Notes under the pieces: generated by a model
What the model was told of the DNA's origin: nothing
Databases searched by the model: none
What the model saw: only the letters and a program-made list of their open reading frames with translations
Position numbers and translations under genes: made by a program
In this document: piece after piece, positions 21,448-31,485 of the stretch
How the letters are laid out: each line of letters opens with the position of its first letter
Position numbering within the stretch: position 1 is the stretch's first letter
NCBI GenBank assembly: GCA_963669175.1
Contig: OY769902.1
Coordinates: forward strand, 1,952,001-2,016,000
Source of the DNA: a bacterium
GTDB lineage: Bacteria > Electryoneota > Electryoneia > Electryoneales > Electryoneaceae
Length of the DNA stretch: 64,000 bases
Reading direction: 5' to 3'

Positions 21448-22175
21448 TGTTGGATCAACCAAGACATAGCATCAAGACGCTGAGGATAGATGGGAAAGAT
21501 GTCGGCGCTCGTTCTGACGAGACTATTCTCCAGGTAGCGCGTGAAAACGGGATATGGATTCCTACCCTGTGTCACCTGGAAGGTCTTGATCCTATCGGTG
21601 CGTGCCGTCTCTGCCTGGTAGAGATCGAAGGCAGCAAAAAGCTTCATCCTGCATGCGTGACCCGAGTTGGGGAAGGCATGGTTGTCCATACCCGTTCCGA
21701 ACGGCTGGACAAGTACCGCAAGATGATCCTGGAACTGCTTTTCAGCGAACGGAACCATGTTTGTGCGGTTTGCATTTCCAACGGCCACTGTGAATTGCAG
21801 CAGCTCGCCCAGGAATTGCAGGTAGATCACAGCCGTTTCCCGTACCTGCATAACAAGCATCGTGTCGATGCTACTCACGACCGTTTCCTGCAGGATGACA
21901 ACCGTTGTATCCTGTGCGGACGTTGTGTGCGTGTTTGCGGCCAGATCGAGGGCGCTTTCACCTGGAACCTGACCGGACGCGGGATCGGTACACGGGTGAT
22001 TACGGACCTGGATGATCCCTGGGGCGAGTCTGAATCCTGCACCCGTTGCGGGAAGTGTGTTCAAATTTGTCCCACAGGGGCATTGATTGAGAAAGGCAGA
22101 AGCGTGGCCGAGATGGCCAAACGTCGTCAGTTCCTGCCATACCTGACGATGATGCGCTCGGAGGAAAAGCGATGA
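21447..22175 (+). CDS. hoxU: diaphorase small subunit HoxU
   Basis: [32 protein letters not shown] and [12 protein letters not shown] Fe-S motifs. Confidence 0.95.
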   Translation: MLDQPRHSIKTLRIDGKDVGARSDETILQVARENGIWIPTLCHLEGLDPIGACRLCLVEIEGSKKLHPACVTRVGEGMVVHTRSERLDKYRKMILELLFSERNHVCAVCISNGHCELQQLAQELQVDHSRFPYLHNKHRVDATHDRFLQDDNRCILCGRCVRVCGQIEGAFTWNLTGRGIGTRVITDLDDPWGESESCTRCGKCVQICPTGALIEKGRSVAEMAKRRQFLPYLTMMRSEEKR

Positions 22176-22705
22176 GTAAACCAACAATGGCCACCATCTG
22201 GTTGGATGGATGTTCCGGCTGTCACATGTCTTTCTTGGACATTGATCAACGTATTCTTGAGCTGGCGGAGAAGGCTACGATAGTCTACAGTCCGCTGGTT
22301 GACAGGAAAAAATTCCCTGAAAAGGTTGATATAGCATTGGTTGAGGGGTCTGTTTCAACCGTTGAGGATATGGCGAAGATCAAAAAGATCCGCAAACGTA
22401 CCAAGCTTCTCGTTGCCTTGGGGGATTGCGCCGTAACAGGTAATATCCCGGCCATGAGAAACAAGTTCGGGCCGCAGTCCGTCTTGGAACTTGCCTACAT
22501 CGAAAACGTCGGCAAGAATCCACAGATTCCTACGGAGGACGTCCCGGAATTGCTCGACTGGGTGTACCCGGTTGATGAAATCGTGGATGTGGATGTTTAC
22601 TTGCCGGGATGCCCACCCCCGGCAGACGCGATCTGGTATGTCCTGACCGAGATTCTTGAAGGACGTACCCCCGATCCCTCAACTCTGACTCGTTTTGGTA
22701 AGTAA
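22172..22705 (+). CDS. hoxY: [NiFe]-hydrogenase small subunit HoxY
   Basis: [26 protein letters not shown]; short single-cluster form. Confidence 0.95.
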   Translation: MSKPTMATIWLDGCSGCHMSFLDIDQRILELAEKATIVYSPLVDRKKFPEKVDIALVEGSVSTVEDMAKIKKIRKRTKLLVALGDCAVTGNIPAMRNKFGPQSVLELAYIENVGKNPQIPTEDVPELLDWVYPVDEIVDVDVYLPGCPPPADAIWYVLTEILEGRTPDPSTLTRFGK

Positions 22706-22717
22706 AGGAGCGCAAGA

Positions 22718-24169
22718 ATGGGTAAGCGCATTGTAATAGATCCTGTCACGCGAATCGAGGGACACAGCAAGATTACGCTGCATCTCGATGATAGCGGTGT
22801 GGTTCAGGATGCCCGTTTTCATGTCACCCAGTTTCGTGGATTTGAGAAGTTCTGCCAGGGACGGCCGTTTTATGAAATGCCATCCCTGCTGGCGAGAACC
22901 TGCGGCATTTGCCCGGTTTCTCACCTGATCGCAGGCGCAAAAGCCTGTGACGACCTGTTTGCCGTCCAGATACCGCGTACAGCGATCATGTTGCGACGGA
23001 TTATGAACCTCGCGCAGATCATGCAGTCGCATGCGTTGAACTTTTTCTACCTGTCAGCGCCGGACCTGCTGCTGGGAATGGAAGCAGAACGTGAAGATCG
23101 GAATATCTTCGGCGTCTACGCTGCTGAACCGGAACTGGCGAAAAACGGTATCCGTCTGCGTCAGATCGGGCAACAGATCATTGAGCTTCTCGGCAAGAAG
23201 CGGATTCACCCTGCATGGGTGGTCCCGGGCGGGGTGAACCATCCTTTATCCCCGGAACACCGTGACATGATCCGTGACATGATGCCGGAAGCGATTGACC
23301 TTGCACGGTCCACGCTGGACTGGTACAAGGAACGAATGCACAATTTCCAGGAAGAGATCAGCACCTTTGCCAATTTTCCCAGTTTCTTCATGGGACTGGT
23401 AGACCGACTGGGTAACCTGGAACATTATGACGGCACCTTGCGGGTAGTCGATGCGGCCGGGAACCGTGTGGTCGATGGCCATGATACATTGAAATACTTC
23501 GACTTGATGGATGAAGCGGTTGAACCGTGGACCTACATGAAGTTTGCCTACCTGAAATCCATCGGCTATCCTAAGGGTATGTATCGTGTAGGCCCGTTGG
23601 CACGGTTGAATATCATTGACCAGTGCGGAACCGAGCTGGCCGACCAGGAACTCAGGGAGTTCAGGGGTGGCGACAAGTTGAACGAGTTTGGCGGCGGTAC
23701 AGAAAAACCAGTGCTGTCCAGTTTCCATTATCACTGGGCGCGACTGATTGAAATTCTGTTCGCCGCTGAACGGATCAAGGCATTGCTGGATGATCCGGAT
23801 ATTCTCAGTGACCATGTCCGCGCCCATGCCGAACCGAACAGCTTTGACGGTGTCGGTGTGACCGAAGCCCCGCGTGGCACACTGGTTCACCATTACCGCA
23901 TCGACAAGCAGGGGCTGGTGACCTGGGCGAACTTCATTATCGCAACCGGGCATAACAACCTGGCGATGAACCGTGGTATTCTGCAGGTCGCCAAAGATTT
24001 CGTCAGTGGCGACGCCATGAAGCCGGGTATGCTGAACCGTGTAGAAGCGGTGATTCGCGCGTTTGATCCGTGCCTGAGTTGTTCTACACACGCTGTCGGC
24101 CAGATGCAGTTGCAGGTGCAGCTTATCGGCCCCGATGGCGCTGTGCTGGCTGAACAGACACGCGAGTAA
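22718..24169 (+). CDS. hoxH: group 3d [NiFe]-hydrogenase large subunit HoxH
   Basis: TRIEGH, L1 motif RTCGICPVSH, L2 motif DPCLSCSTH followed by a cleavable C-terminal extension. Confidence 0.96.
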   Translation: MGKRIVIDPVTRIEGHSKITLHLDDSGVVQDARFHVTQFRGFEKFCQGRPFYEMPSLLARTCGICPVSHLIAGAKACDDLFAVQIPRTAIMLRRIMNLAQIMQSHALNFFYLSAPDLLLGMEAEREDRNIFGVYAAEPELAKNGIRLRQIGQQIIELLGKKRIHPAWVVPGGVNHPLSPEHRDMIRDMMPEAIDLARSTLDWYKERMHNFQEEISTFANFPSFFMGLVDRLGNLEHYDGTLRVVDAAGNRVVDGHDTLKYFDLMDEAVEPWTYMKFAYLKSIGYPKGMYRVGPLARLNIIDQCGTELADQELREFRGGDKLNEFGGGTEKPVLSSFHYHWARLIEILFAAERIKALLDDPDILSDHVRAHAEPNSFDGVGVTEAPRGTLVHHYRIDKQGLVTWANFIIATGHNNLAMNRGILQVAKDFVSGDAMKPGMLNRVEAVIRAFDPCLSCSTHAVGQMQLQVQLIGPDGAVLAEQTRE

Positions 24170-24173
24170 ACCT

Positions 24174-24626
24174 GTGCGTACCCTTCTCATTGGCATAGGG
24201 AACACCTTACGAGAAGATGATGCCGCCGGACCGGAAACGGTCCGGCGGTTTGCTGAGCTGTACCCTGGATTGCCCGATCTGGGCATCGTCATCGAACAGC
24301 AGGTCATGCCCGAGCATGCTGCGATGATGGCGGAGGTTGCACGTGTGATACTCGTGGATTGCAGGGTCGGCACAGATGCACCCGGCTCACTGCGTGTCGA
24401 AAAACTGGACGAGAATGAAAAGGAATCAACTGGAACGACGATGGATCATACGATGACGGTTAATGGTGTGCTACAATTATGTAAAACACTTTATGGACAT
24501 GTCCCGGAAACCTGGCAGGTGACCATCACCGGTTCTCAATTCGGGTTATCGGAACAGGTTTCGGAAGAGGTGGAAAAAGCGATTCCGGCTGTGGTTGAGA
24601 CAATTCTGGAAATCGTGAAGAAATAG
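24174..24626 (+). CDS. hoxW: hydrogenase maturation protease (HoxW-like)
   Basis: LLIGIGNTLREDDAAG, ILVDC, conserved His in MDHTM. Start uncertain (GTG 24174 versus ATG 24135). Confidence 0.85.
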   Translation: MRTLLIGIGNTLREDDAAGPETVRRFAELYPGLPDLGIVIEQQVMPEHAAMMAEVARVILVDCRVGTDAPGSLRVEKLDENEKESTGTTMDHTMTVNGVLQLCKTLYGHVPETWQVTITGSQFGLSEQVSEEVEKAIPAVVETILEIVKK

Positions 24627-24653
24627 AACAGTTCTATTGGCCTCGAAAGAAGA

Positions 24654-25008
24654 TTGGCCCCGCCGGCTCGAAGAAAACTGGGGACTGACCCGCGGTTTGT
24701 AGGGGCTGTCCCCAGTTTTCCCGGCGGGGTTTATTCTTACTGAGTATTCAGAGTTCAACCTTATGTAATAATCTGGTTTCCTCACAATTTCTTTCGATAA
24801 ATTTACCAACAACTGAAGGACCTATTTCTCTAATTATATTTACAATAGACCACCGCCGGACAAACGCCTTCGCAAGCTACGGCGTTTTCAAGCCGGCGGG
24901 GCCAAAACAACAACGGCGTTTTCAAGCCGGCGGGGCCAAAACAACAACGGCGTTTTCAAGCCGGCGGGGCCAATCCAGGTCAGTTTTCTTCAAGCCGACG
25001 GGATCAAA
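24654..25008. repeat. REP-like inverted doublet with an internal 34-bp tandem repeat
   Basis: TTGGCCCCGCCGGCTCGAA versus TTCAAGCCGGCGGGGCCAA. Unit ACGGCGTTTTCAAGCCGGCGGGGCCAAAACAACA at 24879, 24913 and 24947 (third partial). Confidence 0.8.
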
Positions 25009-25015
25009 GTCGTCG

Positions 25016-25846
25016 TCACTTCCCCTGCGAAGCGACATACTTCTGCATCACATCGCGTGTGAGGTCAATCAGATCAGGTGAGAACTTCTGTCGCAAACCG
25101 CCATGTCCCGGAACCACCCGCACGGGATCAAACCGTTCCAGGTAATCAACAGCGTGTACCCAGGATTCCGCGTCCGCTTCTTTCATGTTTCCTATGGATG
25201 TCCAGGCCCGCACCATGCACCCGCCGAACAGGATTTTCCGGTCCGGCAGCCAGACCACGACATTATCAATCGTATGAGCATGGCCAGGATAATGCACCTC
25301 AATGCGTTCTCCACCCCAATTCAATTGCATGCCTTCATTCAGCGGGAAAACATGATCCGGCGGAACAGGAGTGAATGTCTCGTAGAAAGCGCGAATTTTT
25401 GGGTTCTCGAATTCGGCTGCTGTGTCCTTGTAAGGCAATTCCCCATCTTCGGCCAGCAGTTCAACTGATTTGTCCGAACCGTAGACGGAGAATCCGCGAG
25501 CCAGGAGAACCTCATTGCCGCCAAGACAATCGACATGGTAATGGGTGTTGATCTCGATAATTTCCGGATTCTCAACCTGGGTTTCGATCCAATCCAGAAC
25601 AAGCTGTGTTGCTTCCGGGGTGATTGGAGTGTCAGCGAACAGCACTTTCCCGGAATCGAGAAAGGCGATCATGGAATTGCTGGGCCAGGGGAAAATGTGG
25701 TTCACCACCCAGGTCCGTTCTTCGATCTGGTACAACTCCAGATCCTCACTGAGCATTACTGTGGGTAGTGTATCAGTCGCTTGAGCGAACACGTTGCAGG
25801 AGCACACAATTAGCGCCATCACCAAGAGCAGAGCAGTTCGATTCAT
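25016..25846 (-). CDS. secreted subclass B1 metallo-beta-lactamase-like protein (SPM/SPS-like)
   Basis: Signal peptide; NTHYHVDCLGGN, AHTIDNVVVW, LFGGCMV and VVPGHG supply the complete H-H-H / D-C-H zinc ligand set. Confidence 0.85.
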   Translation of the reverse strand: MNRTALLLVMALIVCSCNVFAQATDTLPTVMLSEDLELYQIEERTWVVNHIFPWPSNSMIAFLDSGKVLFADTPITPEATQLVLDWIETQVENPEIIEINTHYHVDCLGGNEVLLARGFSVYGSDKSVELLAEDGELPYKDTAAEFENPKIRAFYETFTPVPPDHVFPLNEGMQLNWGGERIEVHYPGHAHTIDNVVVWLPDRKILFGGCMVRAWTSIGNMKEADAESWVHAVDYLERFDPVRVVPGHGGLRQKFSPDLIDLTRDVMQKYVASQGK

Positions 25847-25978
25847 GGTTTCCCCTTTCGGTTGACATCTTGATGGTAAGCCACTTTTCCAGCTTGTAAC
25901 AAGCGAAATTTCTCATGCCTCAGCATTATATTGTTACACACTCGCTGTTCACTTTCACGAAACCAACATTGGTGGAAG

Positions 25979-26686
25979 ATGCAACAACCAGAAGACAAAG
26001 AGATTCTGCCGGATGTATGGTGGTGGGGCAGCCTGATGTGGTTGCTGGAACATGTAGCAGCACGCATAGCCAGATTCTGGGCGCGAACGTGGCGATACGA
26101 GTTTCAGGAACTGGATAATGTTCGAAAGGCACGCAAGCTGGGGCCGGTGTTTATCGGTAGCTGGCATGGAAATATTTTTTCTCAAACGCTTTTTGGTTGC
26201 GATCGTGGTATTGTTGCCCTGGTTTCCCCGGTGTGGGAGGGGGAAATTATCGCAAGACTGTTGCAGGGGCTGGGATTTGAGCTGATCCGGGGATCGTCAG
26301 GCACAAGTCGACTTGGCGGATTTCGTGAGTCTATTCGTGTGTTGCGTGAAGGGCGTATCCTCACGGCTGCCATGGATGGACCTGAAGGGCCGGCAAAAAT
26401 AGTGAAACCGGGTATTGTCACTACAGTCGCTGCCGGAAAAGGGGTGGTGCTTCCTGTGTTTGCTACAGGGACACCGGCGTTTCGCCTGCACACCTGGGAC
26501 AGGCATGAGATTCCCTTACCTTTCGCACGGATGATCGTGCGTTTTGGTGAGCCTGTTGCTTTTCCGGTAAGACCACGAGGTGAAACCATAGAGCGTTACA
26601 GGGAAAAAATAGAGATCAGTATGCTGCAATTGGAGAAAGAGGTCAGAAAAGGTCTGGATGCTGGTGGATTGTTTCATCAAATGTGA
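25979..26686 (+). CDS. DUF374 / lysophospholipid acyltransferase family protein
   Basis: SWHG, IRGSS, DGPEGP..VKPG, TWDRHEIPLPF. Confidence 0.85.
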   Translation: MQQPEDKEILPDVWWWGSLMWLLEHVAARIARFWARTWRYEFQELDNVRKARKLGPVFIGSWHGNIFSQTLFGCDRGIVALVSPVWEGEIIARLLQGLGFELIRGSSGTSRLGGFRESIRVLREGRILTAAMDGPEGPAKIVKPGIVTTVAAGKGVVLPVFATGTPAFRLHTWDRHEIPLPFARMIVRFGEPVAFPVRPRGETIERYREKIEISMLQLEKEVRKGLDAGGLFHQM

Positions 26687-26802
26687 GTGATACTGTTGTC
26701 ATAGGCGCCTTGTCCAGAACGATGACGCGCAACTCGGTATCAATCATTTCAGGTGAAACGGTCAACAAGTTCGATACAGGATCCCCAAAGGAACCTTTCA
26801 TC

Positions 26803-28989
26803 ATGTCATCTTCATTTGAACGGATCGCAGAACAACTTCCTTCGCGCCTGGCCAATACTCTTGGACGGTTGTCCTATTGGCCCATTAATGATGCGTCGAT
26901 CAATAGCGTCACCGGTGTGTGGAAACTGGCCGGGGACAAGATTGCATCGCTTCCTGCGCAGGTTCGGAAGGAACGCAGGGAGTTCATGTTTGAGATGTTC
27001 GAAACGCTGGGCGAATTGGACGCGGATATTCTCACGCTTTCCTGTGGTATTTTGACGCCCTTACTGGAAATTACATCAGAAGATGAAATAGACGTTCGTG
27101 AATTCACTGGGGAAACAGGGCAATCTGTTCTGGCGGGCTGCCGTGTCCTGATGAATCTGAAGTTTGAACCTCCACGTGATATTGATGGCAGACAAGCGGA
27201 GTACTTCCGCAGGCTGATTCTTGCCATGACACCTGACTTGCGAGCAATACTCATTTTGCTGGCATGGCGCCTGATACAATTGAGAAAAGTGAATACGCTG
27301 GAACAGGAGCCGGGAAACTACCTGGCTAGTGCAGCACTGGAAGTTTATGCGCCGTTGGCCCACCGTCTCGGTATCGGACGCTTCAAATGGGAGCTGGAAG
27401 ACCGGGCTTTTCGTCAACTGGACAATGAAACCTATTCCCAATATGCGGACCTGGTCGCTGAACGTCGTGCTGAACGACAAGCCGCAATTGATCGTTTTAT
27501 TGAGCCCATCCGCGAACATATGGCAGAAGAAGGGCTGTCAGGGCAGGTGTATGGTCGTCCCAAACATATCTACAGCATCTTTAACAAGATTCGTTTCCGC
27601 AACAAGCAGTTTGAGGATATTCTCGACCTGCTGGCAGTGCGTATCCTGGTGCCCACGGTAAAGGACTGTTACCACACTTTGAGCCTGGTACACTCCATTT
27701 ACGATCCGCTTCTCAATGCCTTCGGTGATTATATCGCCCGTCCCAAGCAGAACCTGTATCGTTCCCTCCATACCAAGGTCATCGACTGGGAAGGCAGGAT
27801 TGTCGAAGTTCAGATCCGTACCCACGAGATGCACCTGGTGGCGGAGAAAGGTATCGCAGCACACTGGCAATACAAGGAAGGAATCACCTCTACCGGGAAC
27901 ACCGGGGCACGATATTACAAGTGGGTGCGGGATATCATCGGTGAAATCAGCAATGAACCGGAAGCCTTTGTCCCATTGAAAGTGCAACTATTCCGGGACT
28001 TTGTGTTTGTTTACTCACCCAAAGGCGAGCTGATGCAACTGCCACGGGGAGCGACACCTGTGGATTTTGCCTTTGCCATTCATTCGGACCTTGGCCTGTC
28101 CACCCAGGGAGCTACAGTTAATGGACGTATTGTTACGCTGGATTATGAACTGCATAACCTGGATGTCGTCAATGTTCAGTCCGGATCAGCGCCCAAGCCC
28201 AGTCGTGATTGGCTGGCGTTTGTAAAGAGTCCGCGAGCTCGTCAGAAAATCAAACATGTGCTGAAACAGAAAGAATACGACAAGTCGTTGTCCCTGGGAC
28301 GCGACATGCTGAAACAGGCGTTCAGTGATAAACTATCAAAACCCACGATGCAGGAACTCACCAACCTGGCCGGTGAGCTGGGGTATGATAACCTGGATGA
28401 CCTGTTCGCGGCTGTGGGTGCGGGTGATCAGGGCAGTGGTTCGGTTGTCAGTGCGTGGGAACGGCATCTGCATGAGCAGAAGGATGACTCCTCGCGGGAT
28501 CTGGTCTATTATGCAGGCCGTCCCGCAAAATTACAGAAATCGGCCAATGAAATTCTCGTTGACGGCTCAGACAATCTGGAAGTGAATTACGCTTCCTGCT
28601 GTCACCCGGTGCCCGGTGATGACATCTTCGGTTATATCAGCAAGAGTCGTGGTATTGTGGTACACCGCAGGGATTGCCCCAACGCTGCCAATCTTCTGCT
28701 GGATGCTTTCCGCCTGATCGATGTGGAGTGGAACGTGGAACGTCCCGCTACACGGTTCCGTGCGTGTTTGAAAATCTTCACCGGTGATCGGCCGAATATG
28801 GTGCGTGACCTGGCTGAAGTGCTGTCACGTGAAGAGGTCAATGTTGTCGAAATGAATCTGCGGACAGAGGATGGCATTGGAGTAGGGATTACGACAGTTG
28901 AAGTGACCGGACAGCAGCAACTGGATCGTCTGATCAGGCAGATCAGTGGGATCAACGGAGTGGATAGTGTGCAGCGCGTGGGGGAATGA
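26803..28989 (+). CDS. relA: long RelA/SpoT homologue ((p)ppGpp synthetase with TGS, ZFD and ACT domains), HD motif absent
   Basis: YAPLAHRLG, GRPKHIYSI, YRSLHT, EVQIRT, AAHWQYKE, TPVDFAFAIHS, CCHPVPGD, HRRDC, DRPNMV. Start uncertain (26683 or 26803). Confidence 0.9.
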   Translation: MSSSFERIAEQLPSRLANTLGRLSYWPINDASINSVTGVWKLAGDKIASLPAQVRKERREFMFEMFETLGELDADILTLSCGILTPLLEITSEDEIDVREFTGETGQSVLAGCRVLMNLKFEPPRDIDGRQAEYFRRLILAMTPDLRAILILLAWRLIQLRKVNTLEQEPGNYLASAALEVYAPLAHRLGIGRFKWELEDRAFRQLDNETYSQYADLVAERRAERQAAIDRFIEPIREHMAEEGLSGQVYGRPKHIYSIFNKIRFRNKQFEDILDLLAVRILVPTVKDCYHTLSLVHSIYDPLLNAFGDYIARPKQNLYRSLHTKVIDWEGRIVEVQIRTHEMHLVAEKGIAAHWQYKEGITSTGNTGARYYKWVRDIIGEISNEPEAFVPLKVQLFRDFVFVYSPKGELMQLPRGATPVDFAFAIHSDLGLSTQGATVNGRIVTLDYELHNLDVVNVQSGSAPKPSRDWLAFVKSPRARQKIKHVLKQKEYDKSLSLGRDMLKQAFSDKLSKPTMQELTNLAGELGYDNLDDLFAAVGAGDQGSGSVVSAWERHLHEQKDDSSRDLVYYAGRPAKLQKSANEILVDGSDNLEVNYASCCHPVPGDDIFGYISKSRGIVVHRRDCPNAANLLLDAFRLIDVEWNVERPATRFRACLKIFTGDRPNMVRDLAEVLSREEVNVVEMNLRTEDGIGVGITTVEVTGQQQLDRLIRQISGINGVDSVQRVGE

Positions 28990-29068
28990 GCGGACGATCG
29001 CGTCCGATAGGTTCTCAGAATTATTCGCAACGCGCCATCTGGTGAGGATAGATGACTAAAATCGACTG

Positions 29069-29290
29069 TTCCGGACGGAATAACCTGAATGTTAATATTG
29101 ATTTACAATACGGCTTTTTAGGCAACCCGCTGCCGGGGTTGAATATGGCGAGGAGTGTTCTTTTCCCACCGTGAGCGCCAAACAGACGGCGCTGGACGGT
29201 GGGCTAATTCAGGGAACCACTGCCGTGGTTCTTGTTCAGATCCTTCCTTCTTAGATCACATTTCAAACTGCCACTTATACATGATTCAGG
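29069..29290 (+). mobile_element. truncated, diverged copy of the 470-bp MITE
   Basis: Aligns to 30835-31053 (GGCAACCCGCTGCCGGGGTTG, CCCACCGTGAGCGCCAAACAGACGGCGCTGGAC, GAACCACTGCCGTGGTTC); ends ATTCAGG|CTAA. Confidence 0.7.
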
Positions 29291-30217
29291 CTAAAACACA
29301 AGTCGCATGCTGAGCCCGGGCGAACCCTGTTCATCGACGACGGTCGGAAAGATGGCGAGGTTGTCATGTCTGCGGCTCAGGTTGTGCGCCAGAACCGCAC
29401 CGAATATGGCTCCCGCATAAACGTCTGAAGGCCAGTGCCTACGGTCCGCAATACGTTGGAAGCTTACCGCAGAAGCGATTCCATATAAACCTATATCAAT
29501 GGGCCAGGAGTCAATGTATTTGGACAGAATTATGGCGATAGGCCAGACAGTCACCGCATGGCCAGAGTAAAATGATGATGAACCGAGCCAACTGTAAGAC
29601 CTGTGCCCCAGACCCGTCACAGGACGTTCGCGTCCGATGGTGGCAATGACCAGCGCTTTTATCGGCGCCGCCATAAGCCAGGCTTCCAGAATCTCGCCGC
29701 TGGCTCTGAAAATGACTGGCTGATCGAGATAATACCCCAGGATCATTGTCGCCAATCCCGCAGGAATCAGGTAGAATTGCTCGCCTGCCCATTCAAAAGC
29801 TGTTCCCGTGTCTACCGCCCATTTCATCCAGGGCTCATTCTTGTTTCGTTGAACTGCTTTGTAAATCTCCAGGTCGTACGAATAGATAAGGACACCCGCG
29901 CCTGCGATTCCGGTGAACCAGGCCAGCCCGCGCCAGGTTGGTCGCAAATACGGAGTGTAACAATACCCCGCATCACCGAGAATGACCATCCCGGTCTTCT
30001 TCAGATTGCGCCATGAATGGTGCGATTGGGAGGATTGTGAACGGTTGCCATCTGAATCAGCCTGAAATAGAGCTGCATTGACCATGGCTGAATGGATATG
30101 GACAGGTAGCCGGAAACCGATAACATCGACACTGGAAGTTGATTCGACAGGAGATGTCTGTGAAAATACCGAAGATGATAATGTCAGCATTAAGCATAGA
30201 ACGCAAACAAAACGCAT
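29291..30217 (-). CDS. PAP2 family phosphatase
   Basis: K..IGRERP, SFYSGH, RIADRRHWPSDV; signal peptide from MRFVC. Confidence 0.9.
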   Translation of the reverse strand: MRFVCVLCLMLTLSSSVFSQTSPVESTSSVDVIGFRLPVHIHSAMVNAALFQADSDGNRSQSSQSHHSWRNLKKTGMVILGDAGYCYTPYLRPTWRGLAWFTGIAGAGVLIYSYDLEIYKAVQRNKNEPWMKWAVDTGTAFEWAGEQFYLIPAGLATMILGYYLDQPVIFRASGEILEAWLMAAPIKALVIATIGRERPVTGLGHRSYSWLGSSSFYSGHAVTVWPIAIILSKYIDSWPIDIGLYGIASAVSFQRIADRRHWPSDVYAGAIFGAVLAHNLSRRHDNLAIFPTVVDEQGSPGLSMRLVF

Positions 30218-30582
30218 GTTTCCTCGCTTTGCAAATTTCTGTTGAATCACGAATTGCTGAATATGTGGTCCTGATATTCCTGGCGCAAATCCCATGTGGA
30301 AGAAAAGAAATAAAGATGATGTATTGCCAGCATTGGCTGCAACAGGCAGGAGACAAAAGGCGCTTCGCTTTTTTGTAAGGGACATCAATACTATGATCAT
30401 ATGTCGAAACTTGCCGTCACGTCATCCCGGAAACGCTGCCGTTTAGCGTTGTCCGGGATCTACTCCCCATGACACTCGTACTATTGCTGGCTAAGAGAAC
30501 TCCAGTAAAAGCATTCCCCTTTTCTTAAACAGGGGAATTCTGATAGACTCGTCAGATGTGTGTACCCTTCGGGGACGATTAG

Positions 30583-31053
30583 CCCGAATATTTCATGAAC
30601 GAAACATGGATAATCATCTTAACACATTTCATATCAACACATTACAACTGATTCATACAGCATTTTTCAGGGGACAGTTTGCTCCGGTATCCCTTTGCGT
30701 GTCTATTCCCTGTTTCGCTGGCAAGATGAGGCTGAGTATCGGCAACCGCCCCGGCAGGGGCAACCTGTATTAGCCCCGGGCAGCCGCCGTCAGTTTGGCG
30801 GCTACCCGGGGAGATAATGCGCACCATATATTTACTCCGGAAGGAGTAACCTGATAAATATCAAAAGTATACAGTGGAAATATTCAGGCAACCCGCTGCC
30901 GGGGTTGGCAAGTAGCGTACATCCTATTCCCACCGTGAGCGCCAAACAGACGGCGCTGGACAGTGGGCTAATCCAGAGAACCACTGCCGTGGTTCTTGTA
31001 CTGGCCGTTCCATCAAGTATCACATTGAAATTGCCAGTGGTGAAATCTTCGGG
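30583..31053. mobile_element. 471-bp MITE, TIR CCCGAATATTTCA, TTAG direct repeat
   Basis: TTAG|CCCGAATATTTCA...TGAAATCTTCGGG|TTAG; near-identical inverted copy at 55690-56159. Confidence 0.92.
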
Positions 31054-31090
31054 TTAGTGTGGTAGTCCTTGTCTTCCCGGGGTTTACACA

Positions 31091-31485
31091 CTGTCTCTTA
31101 CCCACATCCTCTGAAAGCTTTATCAGCAAAAGGATTGTGGACATCGTATTTTTAGAATCCCGGCGGGATTCCCTATTTTAGCATAGTGTACAGGCCGTCT
31201 GTTTGGCCTGTACACTATGTCAGGATTTCTAACGAACAATCAACCCTGGAAGGGTTGCATAATGAGCAGTCAATATTAGTTTATTCAATTATTACAGGTA
31301 ATAACGTAATTTATATCCTTTATAAATCAATTGGGTATCAATTATACTTTATGCAACCCTTTCAGGGTTGATATGAGGTTTGATCTTTTTCGTAGGGTAG
31401 GCGCTAAACAGACAGCGCCTACCCTACGCTAAAATATCCCACCCCCACGGGGTGGCAGAAACACGAAGATGTGAGTAAGAGACAG
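31091..31485. mobile_element. 395-bp MITE with IS50/Tn5-like (IS4 family) ends and 10-bp target duplication
   Basis: GGTTTACACA|CTGTCTCTTACCCACATC...GATGTGAGTAAGAGACAG|GGTTTACACA. Confidence 0.9.

Noticed and set aside
22718-24169. [NiFeSe] hydrogenase (prompted by the YedF-like gene)
   Set aside because: The L2 motif is DPCLSC with ordinary Cys codons and there is no in-frame TGA.
24879-24973. 34-bp direct repeats (and the 41-bp repeats at 3027-3149) as a CRISPR array
   Set aside because: Units are head-to-tail with no unique spacers, and there are no cas genes in the window.
30832-31023. Near-identical 63-aa ORFs at 30832-31023 and 55720-55911
   Set aside because: They lie inside the two MITE copies, cross palindromes and show no RBS or recognisable domain; the identity reflects the DNA repeat.
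31091-31109. Nextera/Tn5 adapter contamination
   Set aside because: Both ends deviate from the exact mosaic end, differ from each other, and enclose a coherent element with a 10-bp direct repeat.
31192-31203. AGGCCGTCTG as a Neisseria-type DNA uptake sequence serving the pilus
   Set aside because: It lacks the terminal AA of GCCGTCTGAA and was noticed only inside MITE hairpins, not dispersed through genes and terminators.
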